Positions 49,942-59,452 of a stretch of DNA of 64,000 bases are shown piece by piece. The position numbers were made by a program, and so were the translations under genes. Numbering within the stretch: the first letter of the stretch is position 1; the number at the start of each line of letters is the position of its first letter. Location of the stretch: assembly GCA_944332225.1 (NCBI GenBank), contig CALVJO010000003.1:12482-76481 (forward strand), written 5' to 3'. The notes under the pieces were generated by a model. The model made no database searches. It had not been told where the DNA came from and saw nothing but the letters and a program-made list of their open reading frames with translations. This DNA is from an uncultured Bacilli bacterium. GTDB lineage: Bacteria; Bacillota_I; Bacilli_A; RFN20; CAG-449.

Positions 49942-51197
49942 TGGAATATTTAACTGTTTCTCAAATTACTTACGCCTTAAAAGGATATATTGATAATAAT
50001 CCTTATCTTAAGGACGTTTTAATTTTAGGGGAGATATCAAATTTTAAAGATTATTCTTCCGGACATCTTTATTTTTCATTAAAAGATGAAAATTCATCTT
50101 TAAAATGCGTGCAATTTTCTTTTTATCGAAAGAATAATATTTCTTCTTTTAAAAATGGAGATTTAGTTTTAGCTAGAGGTTCAATTTCGATCTATGAAGC
50201 TAACGGAACTTATCAACTATACGTAAAAACCTTATCTTTATTTGGAGAAGGAGAATATCTTTTAAAGCTTCAAAAATTAAAAGAGAAATTAGCCTCAGAA
50301 GGCGTCTTCTCTAGAGAGAAGAAAACTTTACCTTACTTAGTAAAAAAAGTTGGAGTTATCACTTCTCTTGAATCCGCGGCGATTCACGATTTTTTAACTT
50401 CTCTATATAAAAGAATGCCGTTAACTGTCTATATTTTTCCTTCTTTAGTTCAAGGTGATGAGGCTCCAAATAGCTTAATCAAGGCAGTTGATGAAGCGAT
50501 TAAGTATGATCTAGATTGTTTAGTAATCACAAGAGGAGGAGGCTCAAAAGAAGATTTAAGATGCTTTAATGATGAGATGTTTTTAAGAAAATGCCTTGAA
50601 TTAAAGATTCCTCTAATCTCCGCGGTTGGCCATGAGATCGATACTACTTTATTAGATTACATATCAGATATCCAGGCTATCACCCCAACTCAGGCCGCGG
50701 AGAAAGTATCTAATCCTTTAGATTATTTTAAAGATGAATTAAATAATTTAGATGCTTTATTAAATCGTGATTTCATTTTATATATAGAAAAACAAACCGA
50801 GAGATTATTTAATTATGAACGATTGATTGAATCCTTTTCTTTAAAAGAAAAATTAAACTCATATTTGCTCTTTATTTTAAAAGATCAGGAAAGATTGAAT
50901 ATATATATAAATAGATATCTTAACGATATCATCTTTGATTTGAATCTAAAAAAAGAAAAACTTGATAAGGCTTTTTTAAACCGTTTAAATAATGCCTACG
51001 ATGAGTTAAAATCAAAAGAGAGTATCTTTAATAGCTTATCACCATTTAAAGCTCTAGAGAGGGGTTATAGCTTAATTTATAAGGAAAATAATGTTATTAC
51101 CTCAAAATCACAGTTAAAAAAAGGTGATATTATCACCATTAATTTAAAAGATGGCTCATTAAAAGCCGTGATCAAAGAAAACGAGGAGGACTTATGA
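49941..51197 (+). CDS. xseA: Exodeoxyribonuclease VII large subunit
   Basis: N-terminal OB-fold (LTVSQITYALKGYID...LILGEISNF). VGVITSLESAAIHD, ITRGGGS. Confidence 0.9.
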   Translation: MEYLTVSQITYALKGYIDNNPYLKDVLILGEISNFKDYSSGHLYFSLKDENSSLKCVQFSFYRKNNISSFKNGDLVLARGSISIYEANGTYQLYVKTLSLFGEGEYLLKLQKLKEKLASEGVFSREKKTLPYLVKKVGVITSLESAAIHDFLTSLYKRMPLTVYIFPSLVQGDEAPNSLIKAVDEAIKYDLDCLVITRGGGSKEDLRCFNDEMFLRKCLELKIPLISAVGHEIDTTLLDYISDIQAITPTQAAEKVSNPLDYFKDELNNLDALLNRDFILYIEKQTERLFNYERLIESFSLKEKLNSYLLFILKDQERLNIYINRYLNDIIFDLNLKKEKLDKAFLNRLNNAYDELKSKESIFNSLSPFKALERGYSLIYKENNVITSKSQLKKGDIITINLKDGSLKAVIKENEEDL

Positions 51198-51415
51198 CAT
51201 TTGAAGAAAAGAAATTAAGATTAGAAGAAATCATTAAAAAACTAGAAAGCAACGTGCAGTCTTTAGATGAAAACGTCTCTTTATATAAAGAAGGAAAACA
51301 GTTGCTTGAAGAGCTTAATAAAGAATTAAATGAAACTTTAACGTCTCTATCTTTCGTGGTGAAAGATGGAAGAGTCATCCCTTTTTCTGAGATAGATTCT
51401 AAAAAAGATATTTAA
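51194..51415 (+). CDS. xseB: Exodeoxyribonuclease VII small subunit
   Basis: 73-aa helical protein with FEEKKLRLEEIIKKLES, overlapping the xseA stop. Confidence 0.8.
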   Translation: MTFEEKKLRLEEIIKKLESNVQSLDENVSLYKEGKQLLEELNKELNETLTSLSFVVKDGRVIPFSEIDSKKDI

Positions 51416-51424
51416 GGAAGTAAT

Positions 51425-53056
51425 ATGCTAGTTTCTTTAAAAATCACAAACTACGCTTTAATTGAGTCTTTGTCATTGCAATTTGATTCTCCTTATCTAG
51501 GTTTTATCGGCCCTTCCGGCGCAGGTAAATCTTTAATAATCGAATCTCTTACTTTATTAAAAGGAATTAAAGGTGACGTCTCAAAAATTAGAAAAGGAGA
51601 AAGCTATTTAGAAGTGGAAGGAAAATTCATCGCTTCTAAATTTAATGAGGAAAAGTTTATTTCTAGATTTAATGATACAAAAGTTCTTGTATCTAGAAAG
51701 ATAGATTCAAAAGGAAGAAACACGATCAAGATTAATCATAAAGTAGCCACCTTGAATGAATTAAAAGAAAAATTTAATGATTTAATTGATTTTCATAGTC
51801 AAATTTCTGATTCACGTTACCTTGCTTCTTATGATGATCTTTTAGATTTTTATATTAATTTAAAAGCATCTGTTAATGAAAAGAATCACTTTTTAGAATA
51901 TAAAAATAATCTAAAAACATATAAAGAAAATTTAAAAAATATCGAAGAATTAGAAGAGAAAAAACAAGATATCGGCTCATTAGAAAACTTAAAGAATAGA
52001 ATCGATGAATTAGAGAATCTTCAAATCAAAGAAGATGAGATGGAACATCTTGAAGAAGAGAAATTAAACCTTCAAAACTTTAAAAAAGATTTAAATGATT
52101 ATCAGAGCTTTTTATCAAATTTTGAGGAGATTACTAGCTCTTTATCCTCTTGTAAAAATGCTATTTTAAGAATTAATGATTCGGAGATTGAACCTCTTCA
52201 AAATCGCTTTAATGAATCATATTATGAATTAATCGATATCAAAAACGAAGTTGAAAATAAGTATTCTTCGATGCAGGAAAGAATTGACTACCTTCAAAAT
52301 ATCGAAGAAAGATTATATCTTTTACATTCTTTAAGAAAGCGATATGGTTATTCTACTAAAGAAATCCTAGAGTCATTAGAGAATTTAAAAGAAGATTATC
52401 AAGATTTTTCTACCTTAGATTCTCGTTTAGATGAATTAAAAGAAGATAACGAAATTCTATTTCAAAGATTAAATGATCTTTCTTCTAATATTCTTCATAA
52501 GATTAGAGAAAAATATAGTTTATCATTAGAGGAAGAAATTAACTCTTCTTTAAAGCGATTAGGCTTCTTCAATTCATCTTTTAAGGTTAGTTTAGAGACT
52601 TCTTCTTCTTTTTTAGAAAATGGAAATGATATAGTTACCTTTTTACTTCAGGCTAATAAAGGAGAAAATTATCTTCCTTTAGCAAAATCAGCATCTTTAG
52701 GTGAATCATCTAGATTAAATTTTGCCTTAAAATACGTCTTTAATAAATGCATTCCTCCAGAGCTAATCATCTTTGATGAGATCGATGTTGGTTTATCTCA
52801 AGAGATGGGAATTTCCTTAGGAAAAATGATGTTAGAATTAAAAGATTATTCAATGATTATTTTAATATCTCACCTTCCTTCCTTAACCGCGTCTTTAAAT
52901 GATATTTATTTAGTTTCTAAAGAAGTAATCAATGATCGTACCTTAACCATCTGTAAGAAAGCTAAGAAAGAAGAAAAAGTAGAGATAATCGCTTCGATGA
53001 TATCATCATCTAATGGGTTAGAAGCCGCGAACAGCCTTATTTTACAATATCAATAA
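51425..53056 (+). CDS. recN: DNA repair protein RecN
   Basis: LKITNYALIESLSLQF, Walker A GPSGAGKSLII, long coiled coil, C-terminal signature and Walker B (IIFDEIDVG). Confidence 0.85.
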   Translation: MLVSLKITNYALIESLSLQFDSPYLGFIGPSGAGKSLIIESLTLLKGIKGDVSKIRKGESYLEVEGKFIASKFNEEKFISRFNDTKVLVSRKIDSKGRNTIKINHKVATLNELKEKFNDLIDFHSQISDSRYLASYDDLLDFYINLKASVNEKNHFLEYKNNLKTYKENLKNIEELEEKKQDIGSLENLKNRIDELENLQIKEDEMEHLEEEKLNLQNFKKDLNDYQSFLSNFEEITSSLSSCKNAILRINDSEIEPLQNRFNESYYELIDIKNEVENKYSSMQERIDYLQNIEERLYLLHSLRKRYGYSTKEILESLENLKEDYQDFSTLDSRLDELKEDNEILFQRLNDLSSNILHKIREKYSLSLEEEINSSLKRLGFFNSSFKVSLETSSSFLENGNDIVTFLLQANKGENYLPLAKSASLGESSRLNFALKYVFNKCIPPELIIFDEIDVGLSQEMGISLGKMMLELKDYSMIILISHLPSLTASLNDIYLVSKEVINDRTLTICKKAKKEEKVEIIASMISSSNGLEAANSLILQYQ

Positions 53057-53095
53057 AGACATATCATAAATCTAAAAATAAAGTATAATATAGCT

Positions 53096-54304
53096 ATGGA
53101 AAGCTATGTGATGGAGAAATATATTTGTCATATCGATTTAAATATGTTTTTTGCCGCGGCTCAGATCTTATTAGAACCGGAGTTAGAAGGTAAACCGTTG
53201 ATTATAGCCTCATCTTCAAGAAGAGGAATTGTTTCAACCGCGTCTTATGAAGCTAGAAAATACGGCATACATTCCGCGATGCCGACTTATCAGGCTAAAT
53301 TATTATGTAAGAATCTTGAGATTAGAAAGCCAAATTTTGCTTTATATCAAAGCTTATCTAATACTTTCTTTACCTATATTAAAGAACATTATTCTTCGAT
53401 CCTTGAGCAAGCTTCCATCGATGAAGCCTATATCGATTTAACTGATTATATAAAGCAAAATAAGGTTTCATCAAGGGATGATTTATATTCTCTATTAAAG
53501 GAGATTCAAGATACTTTATTAAAAGAGACTAAACTAAAGTGCTCGATTGGCTTAGGGCCGACGAGATTCTTAGCTAAAATGGGCTCAGATTATAAAAAAC
53601 CTTTAGGTATCACCATCATCAATAAAGATGATATCAAGAGAATGATTTATCCTTTAAAGATCGAAGATTTTTATGGAATTGGTAAGAGAAGTTATCCAAA
53701 GCTTCATACTTTAGGAATCTATTCTATTGAAGATTTTGCTTTAAATAAGTCTCCATTAATCAAAAAAATGTTCGGTAAATATTATGAAGAGATGATATCT
53801 AATCTTGAAGGGACCTCATCAAGTGAGATTAAAGTTGATCGAGGACAGGCAAAATCAATATCTTCATCGTCGACATTTGAATATGATACGGATTCTTATG
53901 AAGAGATTAGAGAGATGATCTTAAATAAATCTATGGAAGTAGCCTCCGATTTAAAAAAGCAGCATTTGATGGGAAAGACTATTAGTTTAATAATTAAAGA
54001 TTATCGATTTAAATCATTTTCTCGATCGTTAACTATCGATTCTTACGTCAATGATTATTTATCAATCTATGAAACTTGCATGGAACTATATGATAAAGAA
54101 TTTACTGATTGTTTGATTAGATTGGTAGGGGTTGGGGTTTCTTCATTGATTAATGAAAAGGATAACGTTAAGCAAGTCGATATATTTGAAGAGAAAAGTA
54201 AAGTAAAAACCTCACCTCAACTATTGGTAAAGCAGCTTAATTACAAGAATAATAAAGAAATATTTATTCTTGCTAAAGACTTAAATAAAGGAAAAAAAAG
54301 ATGA
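53096..54304 (+). CDS. dinB: DNA polymerase IV (Y-family)
   Basis: ICHIDLNMFFAAAQ catalytic motif, SIDEAYIDLT, little-finger domain. Confidence 0.85.
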   Translation: MESYVMEKYICHIDLNMFFAAAQILLEPELEGKPLIIASSSRRGIVSTASYEARKYGIHSAMPTYQAKLLCKNLEIRKPNFALYQSLSNTFFTYIKEHYSSILEQASIDEAYIDLTDYIKQNKVSSRDDLYSLLKEIQDTLLKETKLKCSIGLGPTRFLAKMGSDYKKPLGITIINKDDIKRMIYPLKIEDFYGIGKRSYPKLHTLGIYSIEDFALNKSPLIKKMFGKYYEEMISNLEGTSSSEIKVDRGQAKSISSSSTFEYDTDSYEEIREMILNKSMEVASDLKKQHLMGKTISLIIKDYRFKSFSRSLTIDSYVNDYLSIYETCMELYDKEFTDCLIRLVGVGVSSLINEKDNVKQVDIFEEKSKVKTSPQLLVKQLNYKNNKEIFILAKDLNKGKKR

Positions 54305-55179
54305 AAAATAATCAAGAATTATTAAATGAGTATCTTCTCTCGATCGTGGTAGAAAAAGGTTTATCTAAAAACACCTTATTAGCCTATAAAAATGATTTAA
54401 CTTTTTTTCTTAATTATTTAAAAGAAAACAATACTTTAATCTTAGATATCGATCATTATCAAGTAAATGAGTATATAGAATATCTACAAGATAATAAACT
54501 AGCGATTAAATCTATTAAAAGGAAAGTATCCGCGTTAAAAAACTTCTTTATCTATCTAACTTTACATGAAAACTTTAAGTATGATTTTTCCTATTTTGAG
54601 AGTTTGAAAGAAGAAGAATATCTACCTAAATTTGTCTTACAAGAGGATATGAATCGGGTGTTAGATTCTTTAAAGACAGACACTTTTATCGAGATAAGAA
54701 ATAAAGCAATATGCGAATTAATGTACGCGACGGGGATGAGAGTAAGCGAGCTTGTTTCCTTAAAAAGAGATAATGTTTCTTTTGTTAATCAAACGATTAA
54801 AGTAAATGGTAAAGGGGCTAAAGAAAGAATAATTCCATTTTCTGAAAAATGCTCAAAATGGTTATTACTTTATCTAGAAAAACTTAAAACTTTAGAGAAA
54901 AAAGGTAATAATAGTTATTTATTTATCACAAAAAATAACAAGCAAGTGACAAGACAAGAAATTTATATTTTAATAAAGGAGACCTTTGAAGAACAGGGAA
55001 TAAAGAATGTCACTCCTCATACATTAAGACATTCCTTTGCTTCCAATCTTCTAAGTCAAGGATGCCCTTTAATGATTGTTAAGACCCTTCTAGGGCATGA
55101 AGATATTAAGACAACTCAAATATATACCCATGTGGAAAATAAAAAAATTAAGTCGATTTATGACACGATTATGAAGTGA
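54301..55179 (+). CDS. Tyrosine site-specific recombinase, XerC/XerD-like
   Basis: N-terminal core-binding domain (LSKNTLLAYKNDLTFF), catalytic R...HxxR (LRHSFAS)...Y (IYTHV). 292 aa, typical of Xer rather than phage integrases. Confidence 0.8.
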   Translation: MKNNQELLNEYLLSIVVEKGLSKNTLLAYKNDLTFFLNYLKENNTLILDIDHYQVNEYIEYLQDNKLAIKSIKRKVSALKNFFIYLTLHENFKYDFSYFESLKEEEYLPKFVLQEDMNRVLDSLKTDTFIEIRNKAICELMYATGMRVSELVSLKRDNVSFVNQTIKVNGKGAKERIIPFSEKCSKWLLLYLEKLKTLEKKGNNSYLFITKNNKQVTRQEIYILIKETFEEQGIKNVTPHTLRHSFASNLLSQGCPLMIVKTLLGHEDIKTTQIYTHVENKKIKSIYDTIMK

Positions 55180-55186
55180 GGTAATT

Positions 55187-56380
55187 ATGAAATTTAAAAG
55201 AATATTTTTACTAGTAATGGATAGCGTCGGCGCGGGAATGATGGATGATGCTTATAAATTTAATGATGAAGGGGCTAGCACCTTAGTCCATATTTCTCAA
55301 AAAGTTAATGGATTGAAGGTTCCAACCTTAAATTATCTTGGATTATACGATTGTAATAATGATATCCTTGGAGTGAATAAAGTAGATCATCCTTATTCTT
55401 ATGTCACAAGATTAAATGAAGAAAGTAACGGAAAAGACACCATGACCGGGCATTGGGAGATGATGGGAGTATTAACCACAAAACCGTTTAAAACATTTAC
55501 CGACACGGGATTCCCTCAAGAGCTTATCGATGAATTAGAAAAGAAAACTAATCGAAAGTATATTGGTAACATCTCAGCTTCCGGGACGGAGATAATTAAA
55601 CAACTTGGAGAGAGAACCTTAAAAACTGGAGAAATCATTCTCTATACCTCCGCGGATTCCGTCCTCCAGCTCTGCGCGAATGAAGCAGTCGTCCCATTAG
55701 ATGAATTATATTCAATCTGTAAGATAGCTAGAGAAATCTGCTTAAAGGATGAATATAAGGTGGGAAGAGTAATCGCTAGACCATTTGTTGGAACGAATAA
55801 AGATAACTTTAAAAGAACTCCAAATCGTCACGATTATGCTTTAAGTCCGTCTTCATATACTTATATGGAAACATTAAAAGATAATCATAAAGATGTAATC
55901 TGCGTTGGAAAAATAAATGATATCTTTAATGGAGTAGGAGTCACAAAAACCTATAAAACTGTTTCAAATCATAATGGAATGGAAATCACTCAAAATATCG
56001 CAAGAGAAGAATTTGAAGGATTATGCTTCATTAACTTAGTTGAATTTGATTCTGAATACGGACATAGAAGAAATCCTGAAGGATACGCGCGTTGCATTGA
56101 AGAATTTGATACAGATTTAGAAAAATTAATCCAATTATTAAAAGAAGATGATTTATTGATTATAACCGCGGATCACGGCAACGATCCAACCTTCCCTGGC
56201 AGCGACCATACAAGAGAAAAAGTTCCATTCATCGCGTATTCAAAAATGTATCGTAATGGAAGAAAGATTGAAGAGAGAAAATCATTCGCGGATATAGGAA
56301 GAACAATCATTGAAAACTATAATTTACCAAAGAAAGAAGAACAAATCGGAACTGTTATTAGAGAAATCTTAGAAGACTAA
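55187..56380 (+). CDS. deoB: Phosphopentomutase
   Basis: MKFKRIFLLVMDSVGAG, metal-binding DHGNDPT, 397 aa. Confidence 0.9.
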   Translation: MKFKRIFLLVMDSVGAGMMDDAYKFNDEGASTLVHISQKVNGLKVPTLNYLGLYDCNNDILGVNKVDHPYSYVTRLNEESNGKDTMTGHWEMMGVLTTKPFKTFTDTGFPQELIDELEKKTNRKYIGNISASGTEIIKQLGERTLKTGEIILYTSADSVLQLCANEAVVPLDELYSICKIAREICLKDEYKVGRVIARPFVGTNKDNFKRTPNRHDYALSPSSYTYMETLKDNHKDVICVGKINDIFNGVGVTKTYKTVSNHNGMEITQNIAREEFEGLCFINLVEFDSEYGHRRNPEGYARCIEEFDTDLEKLIQLLKEDDLLIITADHGNDPTFPGSDHTREKVPFIAYSKMYRNGRKIEERKSFADIGRTIIENYNLPKKEEQIGTVIREILED

Positions 56381-57024
56381 ATAGAGTAATATTAAATGAC
56401 ATAATTAAGTAATAATAATGTCATATAGTAGATATTTAGTAAATAGTAAATAATTAGTAATATATAAGTATAAAGTAGGTAATTAGTAGATAATATATTA
56501 ATTGTTTAGTAATTAGATAATTATAAATAGCTTTCTGCTAAGATCGCCTACTTTTCTATTTATATTAATTTAAAATCATCAAAAATTTTAATTTTTATAC
56601 ATAATATCAATTATGCGAAGTTAATATTAATATAAAATTAAGATTAACAATTGACTATATAAACAAGATTCAAAATAAGCAAAAATACCCTATTCTCTAT
56701 ACAGTAAAGATCTATAAGTTAATTTTACTTTACCATTACTTAGATAATACTAAATATTTACTATCTACTAATATTCTACTAATTTTGTTCTTTGATTGTA
56801 TTTGATATATTTCTGATCATCTTCTATATTTCTTTTTAATGATTCTAGATAGATGATAATCCCCTATTTTCAGAAATAAAAAGTAGATTTTAAATCTACT
56901 ATTTTAATACTAGATAAATACTTTATATTAACTTTATATAAATATTAACTAAGTATCTACTAATTATTAACTATTACTAATAAATAACTAATTATTTACT
57001 AAATTAGTATATTTAGTTATTTAA
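56381..57024. repeat. 645-bp AT-rich non-coding region between convergent genes, with clustered inversely oriented 9-mer repeats (TAGTAGATA/TATCTACTA, TAGTAAATA/TATTTACTA) and a 19-bp perfect palindrome
   Basis: TAGTAGATA at 56426 and 56484 (forward); TATCTACTA at 56772 and 56954 (reverse); AGTAGATTTTAAATCTACT palindrome 56882..56900; TAGTAAATA at 56438/56444 versus TATTTACTA at 56765/56993. No ORF of 60 aa or more. Confidence 0.6.
56594..56621. other. Candidate dif-like Xer recombination site
   Basis: TTTATACATAA-TATCAA-TTATGCGAAGT shares the CATAA-N6-TTATG core of E. coli (GCGCATAA TGTATA TTATGTTAAAT) and B. subtilis dif. Lies between the forward and reverse repeat blocks, 1.4 kb from the Xer gene. 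Confidence 0.35.
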
Positions 57025-57714
57025 TCAGTCGATTAAAGTTTTTAAAACTTCGACACAATTTTTACAGCACGCATTAATATTCGTTGAACTATCTTTTTGA
57101 TTATCTTCATCATATAAAGAATCAGATATGGATCTTATTATGATAAAAGGAATATTTTCTCTATAACAACAATGGCCAACGGAGGCAGCTTCCATCTCAA
57201 CACATAATGGATAATCTTGTTTTAATGAAGGATAGTCTTGGTAATTCTTCTTTGTGATGAATGAATCGCTAGAGAGAATTAATCCATATTTAATATCAAA
57301 TGAATCGATTTTATCTAATTTATCTTTTTTCTTTTCTATATAATCCATGTCTGTTTCAAAGAATCGAGGAAATTCAGGAACTTGTCCTAAAGAATAATTA
57401 AACGCGGTGACATCTACATCAAAATAACCAACTTTCGTAGCAATGACGATATCTAATGCTTTTATATTTTTAGAATACCCTCCAGATGTTCCTAAATTAA
57501 AAACGCGTTTAATAGAATATTTAGAAAATATTTTCCCAAGCATGAAAGAAGTCATCACTTTTCCTATTTGTCCCCTGAAAAGCAAAAATTCCTCATTATT
57601 TAATTTAAATGAGTAATGATTATCGTCTTTAAATATCTTGACGTTTAAACTATTGAGGATTGCTTCCTCTTCTTCCTTCATCGCGACAATTATTAAATTA
57701 TATACTTTTTCCAT
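57025..57714 (-). CDS. mtnN: 5'-methylthioadenosine/S-adenosylhomocysteine nucleosidase
   Basis: IIVAMKEEEEAIL (compare IGAMEEEV), DVDVTAFNYSLGQVPEFP (compare DADVTAFGYEYGQLPGCP), EMEAASVGHCC. Confidence 0.8.
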   Translation of the reverse strand: MEKVYNLIIVAMKEEEEAILNSLNVKIFKDDNHYSFKLNNEEFLLFRGQIGKVMTSFMLGKIFSKYSIKRVFNLGTSGGYSKNIKALDIVIATKVGYFDVDVTAFNYSLGQVPEFPRFFETDMDYIEKKKDKLDKIDSFDIKYGLILSSDSFITKKNYQDYPSLKQDYPLCVEMEAASVGHCCYRENIPFIIIRSISDSLYDEDNQKDSSTNINACCKNCVEVLKTLID

Positions 57715-57715
57715 C

Positions 57716-58045
57716 TTACTTATTTAAAGAACGTTCGATTACTTCTTGTAGATTAATGCGTTCTCTTTCTAATTCAGTAAATAAATGAATGATGATATCA
57801 CCTTGATCGATTAAAATCCAAGGGGTTTTATCATCACCTTCAATACCTCTTATCGATGAATTACATTTGATTACAGCTTCTTCGATTGCTTCAGAGACAG
57901 CTTTACCTTGACGTGGATTTAAAATCGTGGCAATTACAATGTATGAGCAAAGAGGTGAAGTTAATGAAACATTATAAGTTACGATATCTTCACATTTCTT
58001 ATCTTCTAAAACTTTAATGATTGTTTTTAATATTAATTCTTCCAT
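57716..58045 (-). CDS. rsfS: Ribosomal silencing factor RsfS (Iojap)
   Basis: 109 aa, LEDKKCEDIVTYNV...SYIVIATILNPRQGKAV...WILIDQGDIIIHLF. Downstream of nadD-yqeK as in the B. subtilis yqe operon. Confidence 0.8.
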   Translation of the reverse strand: MEELILKTIIKVLEDKKCEDIVTYNVSLTSPLCSYIVIATILNPRQGKAVSEAIEEAVIKCNSSIRGIEGDDKTPWILIDQGDIIIHLFTELERERINLQEVIERSLNK

Positions 58046-58055
58046 TAGTTCTCCT

Positions 58056-59156
58056 TTATTTCTTTTGATTTAAATAATAATTTAAGCATCTTGAGGTATA
58101 GTAATTTTCATAATCAATATTCTTTTCTTTAAAGAATTCGATATTTTCTTTTAAAACCCTTAAAAACCCCTTATTGATATCTTTATAACATTCATTAATC
58201 AAGCTAGATGAATCATATCCTCTTAAAGGGTCAATTTTATCCGCGGAGTAAATAATCTTAGCTAAGGTAGACATATTTTCTTTCCCTGTCGCGTGATATC
58301 TAATTGCTTCAAGAACATCTTCATCTTCTATTTTAAAATCATGCTCGACAATATAAGAACCGATAAATTGATGGTAACACCATCTACCGATTCTAGTCTT
58401 CTCTAAAGGGAAATATTTATCCATATAATAATCTTCTTTTTCCTTGCCTACTTCTTTTCCAATATCGTGAAGCAACCCCGCGAGATAGGCTTTTGTTGGA
58501 GAATAATTATTATTTTCCGCTAAATCATAGGCTAATGAAGCAACTGAAACAGAATGGGCTAAACGTTTATCCTTTAGATAAGAATGAAGGATTTCCATAT
58601 AATATAAATTGTTCTTAGCGATATAATCTAAAACAGCTTTTTTAGTTTGAATATTATGAAGCATCCTTATCGATGTTGAGGATACATCATCGGCAACATT
58701 ATCTAAAACTATACAATTATATTTTTTTAAATTCTCTTGATTAAACGGATAATCTTTTCTTAAAAAGACGGCAAAAGACACTAAAGAAGAAAGGACGTCT
58801 ATCTGATACCAACGATCTAACTTTTGTTCTTGATCAGAACCGATTAAATAAAATAGTTCATCATCTTTAAAAATATGAGTTTTTAAGTATTTAACGGTGT
58901 CAACTGTATAAGAAATTTCTTGATTTAATTCATATTCAATTGTTGAAATCTTTAAATCTTTTTCGTCCTCTAAGGCAAGTCTCAGCATATTTAAACGATG
59001 CTCATCGGAGACTGAGGTTACTTTCCATCGAGGATTTTTAGCGATTATAAAATAGCAAACATCGCATTTTAGCTGACGTTTTGCCTCTTTTGCTAATTTT
59101 ATATGAGTGAGATGAATCGGATCAAATGACCCTCCAAATAACAATATTCTACTCAT
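58056..59156 (-). CDS. nadD: Fused nicotinate-nucleotide adenylyltransferase NadD + HD-domain YqeK
   Basis: N-terminal LLFGGSFDPIHLTHIKLA (NadD HxGH-like), C-terminal HD domain (HSVSVASLAYDLAE, LLHDIGK). Confidence 0.85.
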   Translation of the reverse strand: MSRILLFGGSFDPIHLTHIKLAKEAKRQLKCDVCYFIIAKNPRWKVTSVSDEHRLNMLRLALEDEKDLKISTIEYELNQEISYTVDTVKYLKTHIFKDDELFYLIGSDQEQKLDRWYQIDVLSSLVSFAVFLRKDYPFNQENLKKYNCIVLDNVADDVSSTSIRMLHNIQTKKAVLDYIAKNNLYYMEILHSYLKDKRLAHSVSVASLAYDLAENNNYSPTKAYLAGLLHDIGKEVGKEKEDYYMDKYFPLEKTRIGRWCYHQFIGSYIVEHDFKIEDEDVLEAIRYHATGKENMSTLAKIIYSADKIDPLRGYDSSSLINECYKDINKGFLRVLKENIEFFKEKNIDYENYYTSRCLNYYLNQKK

Positions 59157-59451
59157 ATTTTGGAAGAATGATCTTCGGAGATTCTAAGTTTTTCCGATAT
59201 ATCAAAATAACATTTCCAATTATTTGGACAATATAACAATCTAAGGCTTTTTCTAAAGCTTTAGCAAATTCAAGTTTATGCTCCGCGACTGTTTGATGGA
59301 CATTAACCTTAATTAATTCATGTTTTTTTAAGGCGTTATCAAGCAGCTTTATAACATTTTCATTTATTTCGTTTTTGCCTAATTGATACTTATTATTAAT
59401 AGAATTACCTAAACTCTTTAAATAAGTAATTTGATTTTTTGATAAATTCAT
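59149..59451 (-). CDS. RNA-binding protein YhbY/YqeI (CRS1 domain)
   Basis: LTYLKSL...LGKNEINENVIKLLDNALKKHELIKVNV...IVQIIGNVILIYR matches the YhbY consensus. Confidence 0.75.
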   Translation of the reverse strand: MNLSKNQITYLKSLGNSINNKYQLGKNEINENVIKLLDNALKKHELIKVNVHQTVAEHKLEFAKALEKALDCYIVQIIGNVILIYRKNLESPKIILPKYE

Positions 59452-59452
59452 A

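Noticed and set aside
54301-55179. Considered that the tyrosine recombinase might be a phage or ICE integrase marking a mobile element.
   Set aside because: At 292 aa it has Xer-like architecture. No adjacent tRNA, direct repeats, phage genes or excisionase. The neighbours are housekeeping genes (dinB, deoB).
56381-57024. Considered that the AT-rich repeat-bearing region might be oriC.
   Set aside because: The flanking genes converge rather than diverge. No dnaA/dnaN and no TTATCCACA-type DnaA boxes are present. The context (xer, parEC) fits the terminus instead.
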